Shown in pieces: positions 12,501 through 25,133 of a DNA stretch of 64,000 nt. The stretch comes from Balanoglossus misakiensis. Its lineage: Eukaryota > Animalia > Hemichordata. The first letter of the stretch is position 1. Every line of letters starts with the position of its first letter. A program made the translations under genes and the position numbers. The stretch lies in contig CM082579.2 in assembly GCA_040954595.2 (NCBI GenBank), positions 9,289,625 through 9,353,624 of the forward strand. The letters are read 5' to 3'. The notes under the pieces are model-generated. The model had not been told where the DNA came from and did no database searches. It was given only the letters and a program-made list of their open reading frames with translations.

Positions 12501-15500
12501 GATGTTATTCCCCGCCCACTTTTGCGGATTTGCTAGATTTGCTCACATTTATCCAGTGAAAAAAATTGCCAATGTGTGAAGTGTCTTGCGCAGTCTATTC
12601 TCAAATGTTGCGACTTTCGTGCACCTGTTGTGCGAGCTACTTGAAAAAGTAATCGACCAATCAGAATACGTGCAACCCTGTTTAAAGACTGCTTAAACTG
12701 CTGTGTACATAACTGAATTATTCAAGTTCAGAGGTCAGTCCAGGTACAGGTGTTCAGGGATTTGTACGAAAGTGACCAATCACTAGACGGCTGCAGCCCT
12801 ATTTCAGATCAATGGGGCGGCTTTGAAGAAACATTTTCTTTTTGCATTTGCTTGAATTGACCACCTGGTGACACTTGTTGTATAAGATAGACAGACAAGT
12901 ACATGTAGGTGCTATAAATAGCCCATCATCCATGTGACCTCACCTATTTTTCTTCTGGTCTCTCTTTCAGAGTCCCAGGCTATATGCAGTGTCGGAAGGA
13001 CCCAAACCAATGTCGAAATTTGATGTCTTCAAGAACAAGGCCAAGAAGTCACTGACAACTTCCTTCGATAATCTTCTGGTAAGAAGTGGTCACTGTGTGC
13101 TGAATTTATGCGAAATTGAAAACGTGAAAAAAAGACATCAGTCGTCACTCAGTGGGCATGCAGCCATGTACAATTGATGCAACAAGCCATGTCCAGGAAT
13201 TTATGCTTGGTTGATTTTGTGCCAATTGTTAGGTGTCCGTGGCATGCTGCAATTTTCATTTTGTATCACTGCATGAGAGATTAAGGCAAGAATAGTGAGA
13301 GAGTTCTGAGATACTGATTCAGCTACCCATCCTGTAGCAAAATGTTAATTGTTGTGAAAATTCTTTGACACAATAACAGCAAAGTCAACCCAGGCAAATT
13401 GTATTTTTTACCTCATAATATTGTCGAAAATCATGAAGGTTATAATGACTTTGAGCCTAAACGTACAGAATTTTCGAAAGAGCCACTGTTGAAAAATTCC
13501 TGATTACACAAAAACCACTTTTCAGGGAAGGAACAGAAGTGGTTCTGACATCCGACATGACAACGGTGTGATGAATTCTGGGTACAGAAGCAGAAGCAAC
13601 ACCTTTGACAGGGTGAGTTTTTTTGAAAGTCAATCAATCACACAGATGCCATGCCAATATCTGTATGAACTCGATCTTTCTGCCGGAAACTGGAATATTC
13701 CAGTGTTATGGTTTGTATTCTCAATATGGAGTTAAGCAGGATAAGGATTAAATGTACAATGTGTATGGTCACCTTTAAATTCACACATGCCTATATATGG
13801 TCAAAAGTCTTAGAATGACAATTTGGCGGTTCACATTTTTCGCATGCCACCCACTGAAAATATGTGATTGGCTGTATTTCGGTTTTCCATGGTAACAGTG
13901 GTTAAATTTGCATATAGGTGACCGTGTACATGCATATACATTTAAGTTGGAACAACAGAACCTGAAAGTGGCAATCTAGAATATTGTCTGGAAGTGTCAT
14001 GCTTTCTGAATATCTAGGTTATTCCTGACTTTTTTTTTCGCTCTCTCTCTCTCTCTCTCTCCAGGATGAGTCTCCTCAAAAGCTGGCGTTGGATCTCGGA
14101 GACAGTCCCATGTCGGCGCCCCCAACTCCCAACAAGCTGCAGAAGGCCAACAGTCAGGACATAGCCAGCGAGGATAACGGGAAACTCGGGCCGCTGCCGG
14201 AGATCCGCAAGAGAAGCAGCACCATCGGGGAGATCCCCATGAGTCCCAAGAGCGGCCCCCTCAGTCCCGCCAGCCTCAAGAATTTCACCTTCACCCCTCC
14301 CAGGTTGGAAGACAAGGGAAGTACGGTCGGCACGCCGGCAGGTAGAATTTTAAGGTAGGAAGTGCTGAATCACTATACGTGAGACGCGCGATTAGCCTTA
14401 TTGCCACAAATTTCAGAAAACGATCCTTTTTGTGAAAAAAGCTTAAGTGAGTACATTTCGCAGCCAGTCAGGTCTTTCACACACAATGTTGAGGTCAGCC
14501 ATTTTGAATTTTGAGATCAGGAAAATGTCCCATCATTCTCTAGTCTGAGTACCCAAACTGCATAAAATCTTCAACTCTGCCAGTTATCAGAACAGTCTGC
14601 AGAAATAATCCGATCTTGCTCAAAAACTTATCGCAGATATATTTTTCATGGTGCAGTTATTCACGGTATGTTTTCTGGCAGCGTCTTCCTTAATATATTT
14701 ATCACAGAACTGTCAATCACAGAACTGTCAATCACAGAACTGTCAATCACTGTTATATTAATTTTCAAATTGACAGGCGGCAAATGTCTGAGATGGCAAG
14801 CCCCAGCAGTGATGCCCTGTACAACACACCCAGGCGAGGCTCGTTCAGACAGGCGATATTCAACAGGGTTGTCACACCCCTGCGGAATAATGAACCCAAG
14901 CGTTCAATGGTCAGAGGTAAGAATCGAACAGTTTATGACGTAAATTTTTGGGGGATTGTGCATTTTTTATTGACCTCCCTTGATCTTGAATGTGTGTCGC
15001 ACTTGACTAAATATTTATTAATTTCTGAAGATGAAATCTTGAGTGTGTAGTAATGTTCTGGAAGTACGATACTCAGTTGACAGTCAATGTAAAATTCATT
15101 TCACCAAACCAGACCCGACTATGAATTTATTAAACAAAAATGACATATTACAAATGTGACATTTACTTGAAATGTAGTCCCTCATATGGTACCGTAGGAG
15201 CATTTAATTATAGTTTCCAATCACGAATATTTTAATGAATTTCACCAGCCCACAGGGAGAGCATATATGTTCCCCATGAAGGAGACATTTCATAAAGGTA
15301 AAATACCCATGAGTAAAGGGCAGAAATTATAATCTCATGTCGTTGTGCTATGCTGATTTGTTAGTGAAAGTGCAAACAAAGAAAGCATTAAACACTGAAA
15401 GCTTTTGTAGAAGAAAAGACGTATTGTAATGACAAGCAAAGTTTAACAACTCCATCGTTCTTTAGTGTGACGTTACCATGACGACAGAAATGGTCGCAGC

Positions 15501-18500
15501 TAGCAGCGACTGATCACCCGATCGCTCGCGCGCGGCCCACGTGGATTCTATTAGCGTGGAGTTCCAATGCAGATTTCCAATTTATGTAAGAGGAGAATCC
15601 GTTTGCGAAAGAGAGAAGAAAGAAACCCCCGGGCCCTGTTGCGAAATCCGTGCAATTACTTGGAAGGCTCTAATATCAGGAGGATTCCTTGCAAATCAAT
15701 TGCGATGACGGAGTCGCGTTGTCTCTGATAGCGTCTCCCTGAAGATGATGAGTCCGGTGACATTTAAAGCATGATATGGGGGTGGAGAGCAGCTATATTA
15801 TCTTGTGTGTCTTTGGTTTAGACTTGCATTGAGGTTTGGTTTTATACCCCGAGTGCCTGCGTAGATTAGTGTGGTGGTCTATCTGCACACCTACTGAGGT
15901 AAAAACTAAATTGTAGAAATATTACTCCAAGATAATGCTTTTTAATCAGGTGTAATGTACGTTGATTATTTTGGCCTTTACACTTAGTGGCTCTGCGCCG
16001 TTTGAAATGCTGATGTAAGTGAACACCGTTTGTGTCGCATGCATGGTCTGCTCATTTCAGTCTCTCTCCGCTTCGCTGGCTGAATCTGCCTCTTGTATTT
16101 CTCCGTCCGCAGACACCAGCAAGGAAGGAGACGATCCGGGATCCGAAGGCTCCGGCAGCTCGGAACCCAGCCCGGCGAGCGAACGGAGGTCGCCCAGGGT
16201 CATTAAGTCGCGCTTCAAGTCCAAGGCGGCCATCCGGGCGCTCTGGAAGAAAGCCATCATGGAGCAGATTCTGCTGCTGCGGATGGAGAAGGAGAATAAG
16301 GCTTTACAAGGTACGTGAGAAATCATTTGCAATTTTCAGTTGGACCTTGCGTTACATGTCTGTATCTGATGCGACTGATCTCAAGGCACCCACATGAGAC
16401 GGTTTGCTTGATTTCAGATGCGATTTTTGTCTGCGGTTAAATGTATGTGTTTGTAGACTATCTGTGTTGAAATTGATGTTTCAAACCTCTGTCCTCTCTG
16501 CATTTTTGCGATTCTTGTTTTTGTGCTGTCAATCGTTACTCCTGTAATTTACATGTATGGGTATGCATTCAGCTTGTAATTGTATACTGTATGTCACTCT
16601 CTCATTTGACTTCAGACCTCTCCATGCATTGTTATACTCAGGATACATGTGCGTGTCAATGGGACTTCATAGTTCACCTTTTGTTCTGTCCTTCTCAGCC
16701 ATTATAAAACAAAATGCTTTGAATGAAAATGAACATACTGACAGCTGATAGTGCAAGTGTTATGTAAATGACCGACAACAAATGCCATTGTTTTCTGACA
16801 TGCATGTGATGTACATGTACTCTGCCGGTATATTCCGCGCTGTGTCCGGTTGATGTCTAGTGTAGAATTCTAGCTCTGTAAGTTTTTATTCTCGTATCCT
16901 CCTTACTGTTTACTGTCGCACTCACAAATGACTATTCCACCAGCGGTTATGATAGACACACACAGATAGCTGACGATTTTGGGTGTATTTTTATTGAGTC
17001 ATATAGCTAACACTTCTGCTGACTTTATCAATTATACAAGCATTGCATTCCATCGGGCAAACCTGCTATTTTTTCCCCCTGTGTCATTGTGTTTATGTGC
17101 CTGACCTTGTAATCTGCCTCCAAATGCTGTCGCATCTCAGCTTTTTAGTCATTTCGCTTGTGCGGATTCCAGCAGTCGCTGCATGGCAGATGTGCGCGCT
17201 CAAGTTCACCGACCTCTCTCGCTCTCGCTCTCTCTCTGCTAGCTGATTTGCATATTTGATGACTCCCGGCCGCTCTCACTATCCTATGACTTTAGGCTAC
17301 CAGTTCATGCAGACTTTCCGTTTCTAAAATTAGACTGTTTTTTATTTCCAGCTAGCGTCACATTAATCTCATGTCCGCACTGTTGTATTGTATTTCTTTC
17401 ATGCCTCCGATCTCCGCCAAATTTTTTTAGGATATTTTGTGTTTTATTATGCGTATTCAGTCATAACTTTCCAAGGTAAGGCAATATAGCACCTGTAGAT
17501 TTAGGTTCATGTAGCTAATATTTTTAATAATTCCTGCCCAGCCCCTTTTGTCTGTGTGTGGCAGAAAATTATCACCCAATTTTTTATCCGGAGTTAGAGA
17601 AATATGATGTTTGTACAAGCTGCCAGCAGTATTTTTTTGTTGAAAAGGTTCTATAATTGCATGTGTACGTCCTTGAAAATATATATTGGTCACATGTTGG
17701 TTTAGCATAATCCATTTATCCTACATACCGTACCCCATTGTTTTGACATTCACCACTCCATTTGATGTCATAAAATGGTGACTTTTTTCACGTGTACATA
17801 TATTATCTATCCATTATTCCCTTCTCCCACCTGCAGTTGATTTTCCATTATCATGCCACATGTACAATGTACTATTATTCTACAAAAAACTAAATGTCCA
17901 GCTCTTTACGGCAGCAATTTGACCTCATTCTTAATGCGTTAAAGGCACAGTCGTATTGTTAAATCCTACATAATTTTGAAGAGCACTGAAAAATTGAACT
18001 GTAAAAAAAATGAAAAACATGCTATTTTTGTAATCAGATGAGGAGTCTATCATAAGGGCCAGCTGACAAAAAAATTATTTTGATTGCTCAATGGGAATAG
18101 TTAATGCCCCCCTCCCGTATACGCGACTGTAATTTATCGAACGTTTCATAGTTATTGTAATTTTCATGTGCATTGTTAATCAAATATATCAAATTACCAC
18201 AAATGATTGAACCACAGTGTTTACGTGTAGTTATGGAAAATGGCATCAGAGAGAATCAAAAATGGAAGACAGGGATGTACCATATATCTAGAGACTGTTT
18301 TGGGTTGTTTAGTCGTATTTTGCCATGACTATGTATGTACTCATTTTTTGTCAGTCTTTAGGTCCGTAGTTCATCATTTGAGTTGCAGCCAGTTGTTGTT
18401 GACAGTCAGCAAACCTAAACTCTACAAGTACAATAACTTTTGATACCCTCTCCATCCTCTGTATAGGACACCTACGTAATTTGAAATCATCATGACAATC

Positions 18501-21500
18501 AACGTGCACTGTCCTACATGTACTTACAAGTTTAGCTCATCTAGTGTGTAATTAGCCTAGTGAGTAATAGGCAATGACTTACAACACAGACAGATAGATA
18601 ATAAAGATACCTGTTCTGAATACATTCATGGGTGTTAAACAGGTAGTTTGAGTTGGCCGGGCACTTTGTCACTTCTAACTTCATTTCCTAGTCGTTGCGG
18701 TGCATGTCCTGTGAAACTGTTAAATGTCTAATTCTGCTCGCTTGTCCCATTTCCGGCGCGACTGCACGACATTCCAGACAAGTGGCCATTACAGTGACAA
18801 AACATAATCTCCTGTTGTGAGTAATAGACAATCGTAGGTCAGCGTTTTCGTGTCTGCGCCTTCCCGTGTTACGGCAGTCCTGCATTTCCAATGTTGAACA
18901 GACGACAATTTCAGCCTACTGCCAGTAAGTTTGTGCGGCAGATTGTCTTTTTTGTGATGGTTAATTGTAATTTAGACAGAAATATGCCCATTTTTAAAAC
19001 CAAGTATTCTGCCTGAAAACCACCTCAGAATCTCCCCTCCCTTGAGATTTAGGGTTAGGGATATCAAAATACGCTCAAGCAAATATCGACTTGTTAAGTC
19101 ATTGGTTGTAGTCATTGTTGCCAAAATTGTTCGCCTATGATAATTCTTTGGGATGTTTCACATCCAGCAGAGATTATTCTAACTTCCATTCCAAGTCCAG
19201 GTTACACTTAATTATTTTGAATGTTACATGTATTTATGAGGTTCAGTTTTGTATTGTATGGATTCAACAAAAAAGGAGTGGCATTTTACTATGAGTGTCT
19301 TAATCAAGTTGAGAAATTACAAGAAAATGCAAGCGAGTTTCTCCCCTGATCATTTTGTAAATTAACTGTTGTTTTACACAGGTTTCAACGGCATTGAATT
19401 CTACTTTTAATCCCTGTAAAATCGCTGAGTGACGTTGTACAGAGATGCATTTCAGAACTGACATTTAAAATTAATTAGCATTGCAGCAATTGTATATGCG
19501 GTTTCATATTGAGACAGATGAAATCAATTTGTTCGCCATTTCATAAAATTTGACAGAACATATGGTTATCTGTCGGAAAAATAGACCTATCATATTTCTG
19601 TGCCTAAATCTGGCTTAATTGGGGAAAAAAACATCTGTTCTGCCATGATTCAGCCTTGCGTATTAGAAGTTGCATTTTGGTGGCATCTTTATATGTATCG
19701 TATGTATGTGTGTGTATGCATGCATGTGTGGTTGTGATATTATTGTACATCGTAAGAAAGTGAAACATCCAAATTTATACCGACTTTACATCGTACAATT
19801 TTGATCATATCTCTGTGCTTTTTCAACCTGCTAACTCATTCCATCATGTTTCTGTGTCTTGTCTTTTGTTGCTGTGGTGACGCGATGCGGTTTCCACGGT
19901 TACATGTGCTGCTACGGTGTCTTGTAATGCTGTGCAATAGACCTACGGAGGAAGATACTGTTCGGTATTATTCTAGCTACCCTCTGTATATTCTCTCTCT
20001 ATGTTTTACACTCTATCTGTTGTTTTATATGCTTGTTACCTGCACAAGACTCATTATTGCCATGCACTTTAGATCTGTCATATCATCAATTGGATGAAAG
20101 AGTTGTATATCATTGGAGTTCAACACCATTCTCTTGTGATAGTGTGTATACACTCACGCGTGTTCCAGTCACAGATAATAAAGAATAAGTGTTTTCCATG
20201 GTAACCACAGCTAACGTGTGTTATTCTGCTCACGAAAATTTGTTGAATGTGGTCATTAGGGCTCCACGTACACCATGCACAGGCATAGTATGTAAGATAA
20301 CTCCTGGGATGTGTCGTGATGTACTGAACAAGACTTGTCACTCGATCATCTATGCTGATATCCATGTGCAAGCTGGATTAGAGTGGAATTCTGAACAGCA
20401 TTGATGCACATGTAGTTTTCTACATTAAAATAAAAGGGTTGAAATATTATCCAAAGATTATGATTGTGTTTCTTGAAGTAAATGGTACTGTTTGCTGTGG
20501 TACACAAGTCCCTAACATGATCAGTATGCAAAAAAAGACCATAACTCCACCTGTCTTCACCTCACAGCTTGTTCCCCGACCGTCTCTTGATTACGTTTTT
20601 TTTTTTTTCTCGCAGCTCGGCAGGACGCTGCCAGTACGAAGAGGGAGAAACTCGATTATGAAGAAATCACCCCGTGTCTGAAAGAGATCACGGGAGTCTG
20701 GGACGAGATGATGCAGGCGGGGATTACGTACGATTACCAGAAACTGCTGAAGTCAGTCAAGGCTGGTGAGTTCTGCTATATACTGCTTCTCACGGTATAT
20801 ATGTTGATACGGGTCGGTCGCTCTTACTTCATAAATTAGAGGACACTCTGGAATATGCCAAAGTCAATACGGGGGGGATCAGAATACATCTGATACACTA
20901 CAAGTTCCTCTGGGGGTTGATGGCGAGATGCAAGCGTCTGCAGGGAGGGGATGAAGTCAGAGAAGTCAAATTCTAGTTTGTGCCAATGTTATGCCTCAAG
21001 AACTAGTGTCTGTAACTGCAGATCTTTCTGCAGAGAACCTCGCACAGATTTACACCATCATTATGAAGAAATAGTTTCAATCATTGTTGATATATATATT
21101 ATAGCACCTGATATCAATCTAAAAAGCACCGATGATGGTTACAGTTTTCACAGGAATGCTAGATGATGAAATAGGCAAGGTTTGAGTCTGGATTTACAGT
21201 GGGTGCTGTACTGAATGTCGTTAGGAAGATGATTCATGAGTTGAGGAGTCGAATGTGAGAATACCTGGTAACCATGGATCAATATTAAATCAAGTCTTGT
21301 GTTAATGTACACTGAGAAGCTGTTTGTTGCTAGGAGAGAGAGAGACCTCATCTCTTGCATGTCACATGACTGTCAAAACAAAACGAACCAACGTCGGCCA
21401 TTTTCATAAAAATCTGCATTTCTTGTTTCACTTTCCGCAGGTGTGCCAAGGATGAAACGCGGCGAGATATGGAAGTTTCTGATGAGCCAGCACGCCAACA

Positions 21501-24500
21501 ACAACAAGGCCATCTTCGAGCCGCCGCCGGACACGTACGAAGAGTTACTTAAACAGCTGACCTCTCATCAGCATGCTATTCTCATAGATTTAGGTGAGCG
21601 AGCACTAAAGCCACTTGCAATACACAATATAATAAGAGATGATCCTTTTTAGGTGGAAGATGACACAGCAGGACTGCAAGTCTAGCACCTCATAATACAG
21701 TACACCTTTTTCATAAAGATGGTGCCCTTCCAAATCATGACGTCATCTCCGAGCAGACAATGCTAAAATGAGGCCAGTAGGTCACAGGTACTGCTCGAGC
21801 TTGTTCGGGTTCTTGTATATACATGTATGATACAAGTTGCATGTAAAACTTACCTTACAATAAAATGTGGCTGTCGAACATCGGTCCAAACTCTATATAG
21901 TGACCATACTCAAGACAATAAAGTTTTTAATCTGTGACCTACTGGCCTCGTTTTTGCATTGCCTTGAAAAGGTGCCCTCTTCATGACAAAGGCATATGAG
22001 ATAGAAAAATTTGACTGAGAATATTTCTTGCCCGAGATGGAAAAGATTCTGTTCACGAAAAGACCTGACCTGAAAGTTTCCTCAAATTCAAACTCGGATC
22101 ACTGACATTGTTCTTCTTTTCTTTCCCCCTCCATGTAGGTCGTACCTTCCCAACTCATCCATACTTTGCAACTCAGCTTGGACCGGGCCAGCTGTCTCTC
22201 TTCAATTTACTCAAGGCTTACTCTCTACTTGACAAGGAAGTGGGCTACTGCCAGGGTCTAAGCTTTGTAGCCGGCATCCTGCTCATGCATGTGAGTGTGA
22301 TAAGTTCCAGGGGATTTGTTTTGTGTCGGATCTTGAGGTCACTAACATTTACTACTGTTGGTATTGTAACATTTACTACTGTTGGTATTGTTTGATGATC
22401 AGAAACCCTGATCAAACTGATCTTGTCAAGCCATCTTTCCACCATTATGTTTTGCTTTGATTGCAATTCCAGTTTTCTGCAAGTGCTTAAAATTACTCTG
22501 TCAGGGTTAGCCAAAAATAGTATATTGTGATTTCACATGTACATGTTGATGAGTAGTTTTAACATAGCTGGTCGTGAATAAGGCTTCTCTATGTGACCGT
22601 GACTTTCAGTGGTTAGGTTTGTCTGCCGTGTGTTTAAAAGGAGAAATGAAATACTGGGGCCACTGGACCACAATCCGATACCCAGATGAATAAAATGGCA
22701 AACAATTTTCACCGCATTGAAATTTCAATTGCTCTTAAAACCTTGTAAAATATGAAAAGTGTCAAAAAGGCTCACTGGAGAATACTTACATTGACATGTA
22801 AATTGGCATTGCACACATAAAATTCCCAACTGTGCGTGCAGAAAGGCATTGTGTGTTCAGTTATAATCCCAGCATGTCCAACCCAGCATGGTACAAATTG
22901 ACGTTTTCATTTCCAAAGGGAATTTCATTTCTATATCCTTTCTGAACAAAGACTAGTGATTCTCGCACGCATATGCATTTATTGTCCTGTTGTATTTTTT
23001 CTTTCTCTCTCCAAGATGAAAGAAGAAGTGGCTTTTGAGATTCTCAGGTATATGATGTTCCAACTTGGAATTAGAGGGCAGTATAAACCGGATATGGTCT
23101 TCTTGCAGGTAAGCGGGTCATGTCTGTGGTGGCAGCTGCATGCAGCGTTTCTTATTATTGAAATAACTATAAAAACGGTTGCTAGGCATTTTATGCTAGT
23201 TAAACTAGCAAATACATGTAGGCTTGATCTGAAATGTAAACAGGCTGATAGCCCAGAGAAAGGGGTTATTGTCTGCTTTGCAATTTTCATTTTGCTTTCA
23301 TGTGTTGAATATGATCAGATGTTGCCACTGTATTTGTCCTACCCAGTATGCTATACAGTGCAGTGTGTGTTTGTGTGTTTGTCTTTCAGCTCCAGATGTA
23401 CCAGCTGTCCCGTCTCCTCCACGATTACTACCGCCCTCTACATGATCACTTGGAGCAGCACGATATAGCGCCCTCGCTGTACGCGGCGCCGTGGTTCCTG
23501 ACGTTATTCGCGTCCCAGTTCCCGTTGGGTTTTGTGGCCCGAGTCTTTGGTGAGTGCAAAATTCTCATCCGCAGAATCAAAGTAAATTCCTTCCATTTGG
23601 CTGTTTTCGCACAGTTTTCGTACAATCCTCTTTCAGTCTGATGTGGCTGTTAGCAATAATGTGAAAAATTCTGATTTTGTTTCACTCCTCTTAACTTCAC
23701 AGACCTAGTGTTCCTGCAAGGCATGGAGGTCGTCACCAAAGTGGCGCTCATTATCCTGGGAAGCCACTCGGAGCTCATCCTGCAGTGCGACACTTTTGAG
23801 AGCATCGTCGACTTTCTCAAGAACACCCTGCCGTCGCTGGGGATCATCCAGATGGAGAGAACGATAAACCAGGTAGGAAAAAGAGCATCTCGAGTCACTC
23901 ATCACCACCCCTTCCCATCCCCCAATCCCCAAGGATTCATTCCACTAGTGGTATTCACATTTTGTAGTTGCATATTATGTACTTCTATGCTGTTACATCT
24001 ACAAATCTAAGTAGTCCATGATGTGATGACTACTAAACACTGTTTGTTAGACCACATACCACTGGTGTACTTTGAAAAAAGATTGCACAGAGATAGATAT
24101 ATGTATGTGTTAGTTGATGTCGCACGTTGTAGAGGTCGAAATTTGACAAGGATAAAGGTGTGGACAGTTGGCAGGTATGTCTTACATGTTCATTGTGCAT
24201 TTCATGGAATTTTAATTGGTGATGTCTTTCTCCTCTCTCTGTTCCTGCAGGTGTTTGAACTGGATATCTCTCAGCAGCTTCACTCCTACGAAGTGGAGTA
24301 CCACGTTCTCCAGGAGGAGATGCTGAATTCGCCGTTCCGCGGCGACACCGACCTCATCAACAGGCTGGAGACGAGCAACCGGGACCTGAAGCGGCAGAAC
24401 GACGAGCTGGCGCTGCAGCTGGAGAGGTCGAACGGCCACGCGCACGCCATGGAGGCCGCCAACGGCAGTCTGCAGTCGGCGCTCAACAAGTGCAAGTCGC

Positions 24501-24904
24501 AGGTGCGCTCGCTGGAGCTGGAGCGAACCGCCCTACTGAACACGGTGGCGCAGCTGCGGCGGCTGGTGCCGGACGACCGGCTGCCTGAGGCTGGCCGCGC
24601 CGCCGACCCGCTGGCTCTGGCCCGGCCGTGCTCGTTCTCGCTCGGCGAGGTGAGGGACACGCAGATCGTCATCCCGGAGGCGATGGCCGGCAACTCCGAG
24701 GAGGGCAATCTGATCAAGAGCAACACGAACAGTTCCTTCGAGGACGATCTGGACATGGAGGTGGCGTGCTTCACCCGGGTGCACGACTTGAAGATGTTGC
24801 GCGGAAGACACTTCAGCGGGGAGAGCGCCACGAGCACCTGCAGTGAGATCAGCACGACCAGCGTCTCGGACGGCATTGTCAGACCAGGGTCAAATCTGTC
24901 GTAG
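3513..24904 (+). CDS. TBC1D1: TBC1 domain family member 1/4 (AS160-like) Rab GTPase-activating protein; 5' exons lie upstream of the window
   Basis: Sixteen phase-consistent GT-AG exons: 3513-4085, 4304-4402, 5181-5298, 10801-10892, 12365-12481, 12971-13078, 14065-14354, 14777-14916, 16113-16310, 20616-20765, 21441-21593, 22139-22290, 23016-23108, 23390-23549, 23703-23872, 24251-24904 (TAG). PTB domain ([23 protein letters not shown]; FGFICRE), Akt-type [41 protein letters not shown] catalytic IDLGRT and YCQG, PWFLTLF, C-terminal coiled coil. Probably co-orthologous to vertebrate TBC1D1 and TBC1D4. Confidence 0.95.
5323..5441. mobile_element. Short non-autonomous TIR element (MITE) with TTAA target site, Kolobok-like
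   Basis: TTAA|AGTGACAAAGTCTC ... GAGACTTTGTCCCT|TTAA. The same end (AGGGACAAAGTCTCTCTCTCGCTGC) recurs at ~1494 and ~35847. Confidence 0.7.
13762..13930. mobile_element. Diverged copy of the ~185-bp TTAA MITE family (see 28203 and 47484)
   Basis: GTATGGTCACCT ... ATAGGTGACCGTGTAC ends; internal TGCCACCCA.TGAAAAT.TGTGA.TGG shared with 47484-47668. Confidence 0.55.
14701..14750. repeat. 15-bp tandem repeat x3.3 (ATCACAGAACTGTCA)
   Basis: Read directly; intronic, just upstream of the 14777 acceptor. Confidence 0.9.
17461..17475 (+). CDS. Candidate 15-nt alternative microexon of TBC1D1/4 (V-I-T-F-Q)
   Basis: ttattatgcgtattcAG|TCATAACTTTCCAAG|GTAAGG; phase 1-1, no stop codon. An alternative AG at 17430 would give a 45-nt exon that is also in frame. 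Confidence 0.5.
19941..19964 (+). CDS. Candidate 24-nt alternative microexon of TBC1D1/4 (D-L-R-R-K-I-L-F)
   Basis: tgctgtgcaatAG|ACCTACGGAGGAAGATACTGTTCG|GTATTA; phase 1-1; no AG from 19761 to 19938; CTAAC at 19831. Confidence 0.5.
21755..21964. mobile_element. ~210-bp MITE with ~33-bp terminal inverted repeats
   Basis: CAATGCTAAAATGAGGCCAGTAGGTCACAG ... CTGTGACCTACTGGCCTCGTTTTTGCATTG. Confidence 0.75.
22343..22390. repeat. 24-bp tandem duplication (TAACATTTACTACTGTTGGTATTG x2)
   Basis: Read directly; intronic. Confidence 0.9.
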
Positions 24905-25133
24905 ACTTTTTCGACTCGTACCAGCAATACCTATAGTCAACCGTTCTATGCGTGCCTCTAGTTTCCGTTGCACAAAGCAGTGAGATTAGCACGTGCAGTG
25001 AGATCAGCACGACCAGTGTCTCGGACGGCATTGTCAGACCAGGGTCAAATCTGTCGTAGACTTGTTTCGACTCATACCAGCAATACCTAGTCAACCGTTC
25101 TATGCGTGCCTCTAGTTTCCGTTGCACAAAGCA
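24833..25133 (+). repeat. ~146-bp tandem duplication spanning the TBC1D1/4 stop codon and proximal 3' UTR
   Basis: 24833-24979 is nearly identical to 24988-25133. Confidence 0.92.

Noticed and set aside
14701-14750. Short repeats as a CRISPR-like array
   Set aside because: No spacers, eukaryotic intron, no cas genes.
16019-16112. Upstream acceptor at 16060 extending TBC1D1/4 exon 16113
   Set aside because: It would need phase 0, but the preceding donor (14916) is phase 1.
24212-24927. 213-aa and other antisense ORFs
   Set aside because: Shadows of the GC-rich last TBC1D1/4 exon.
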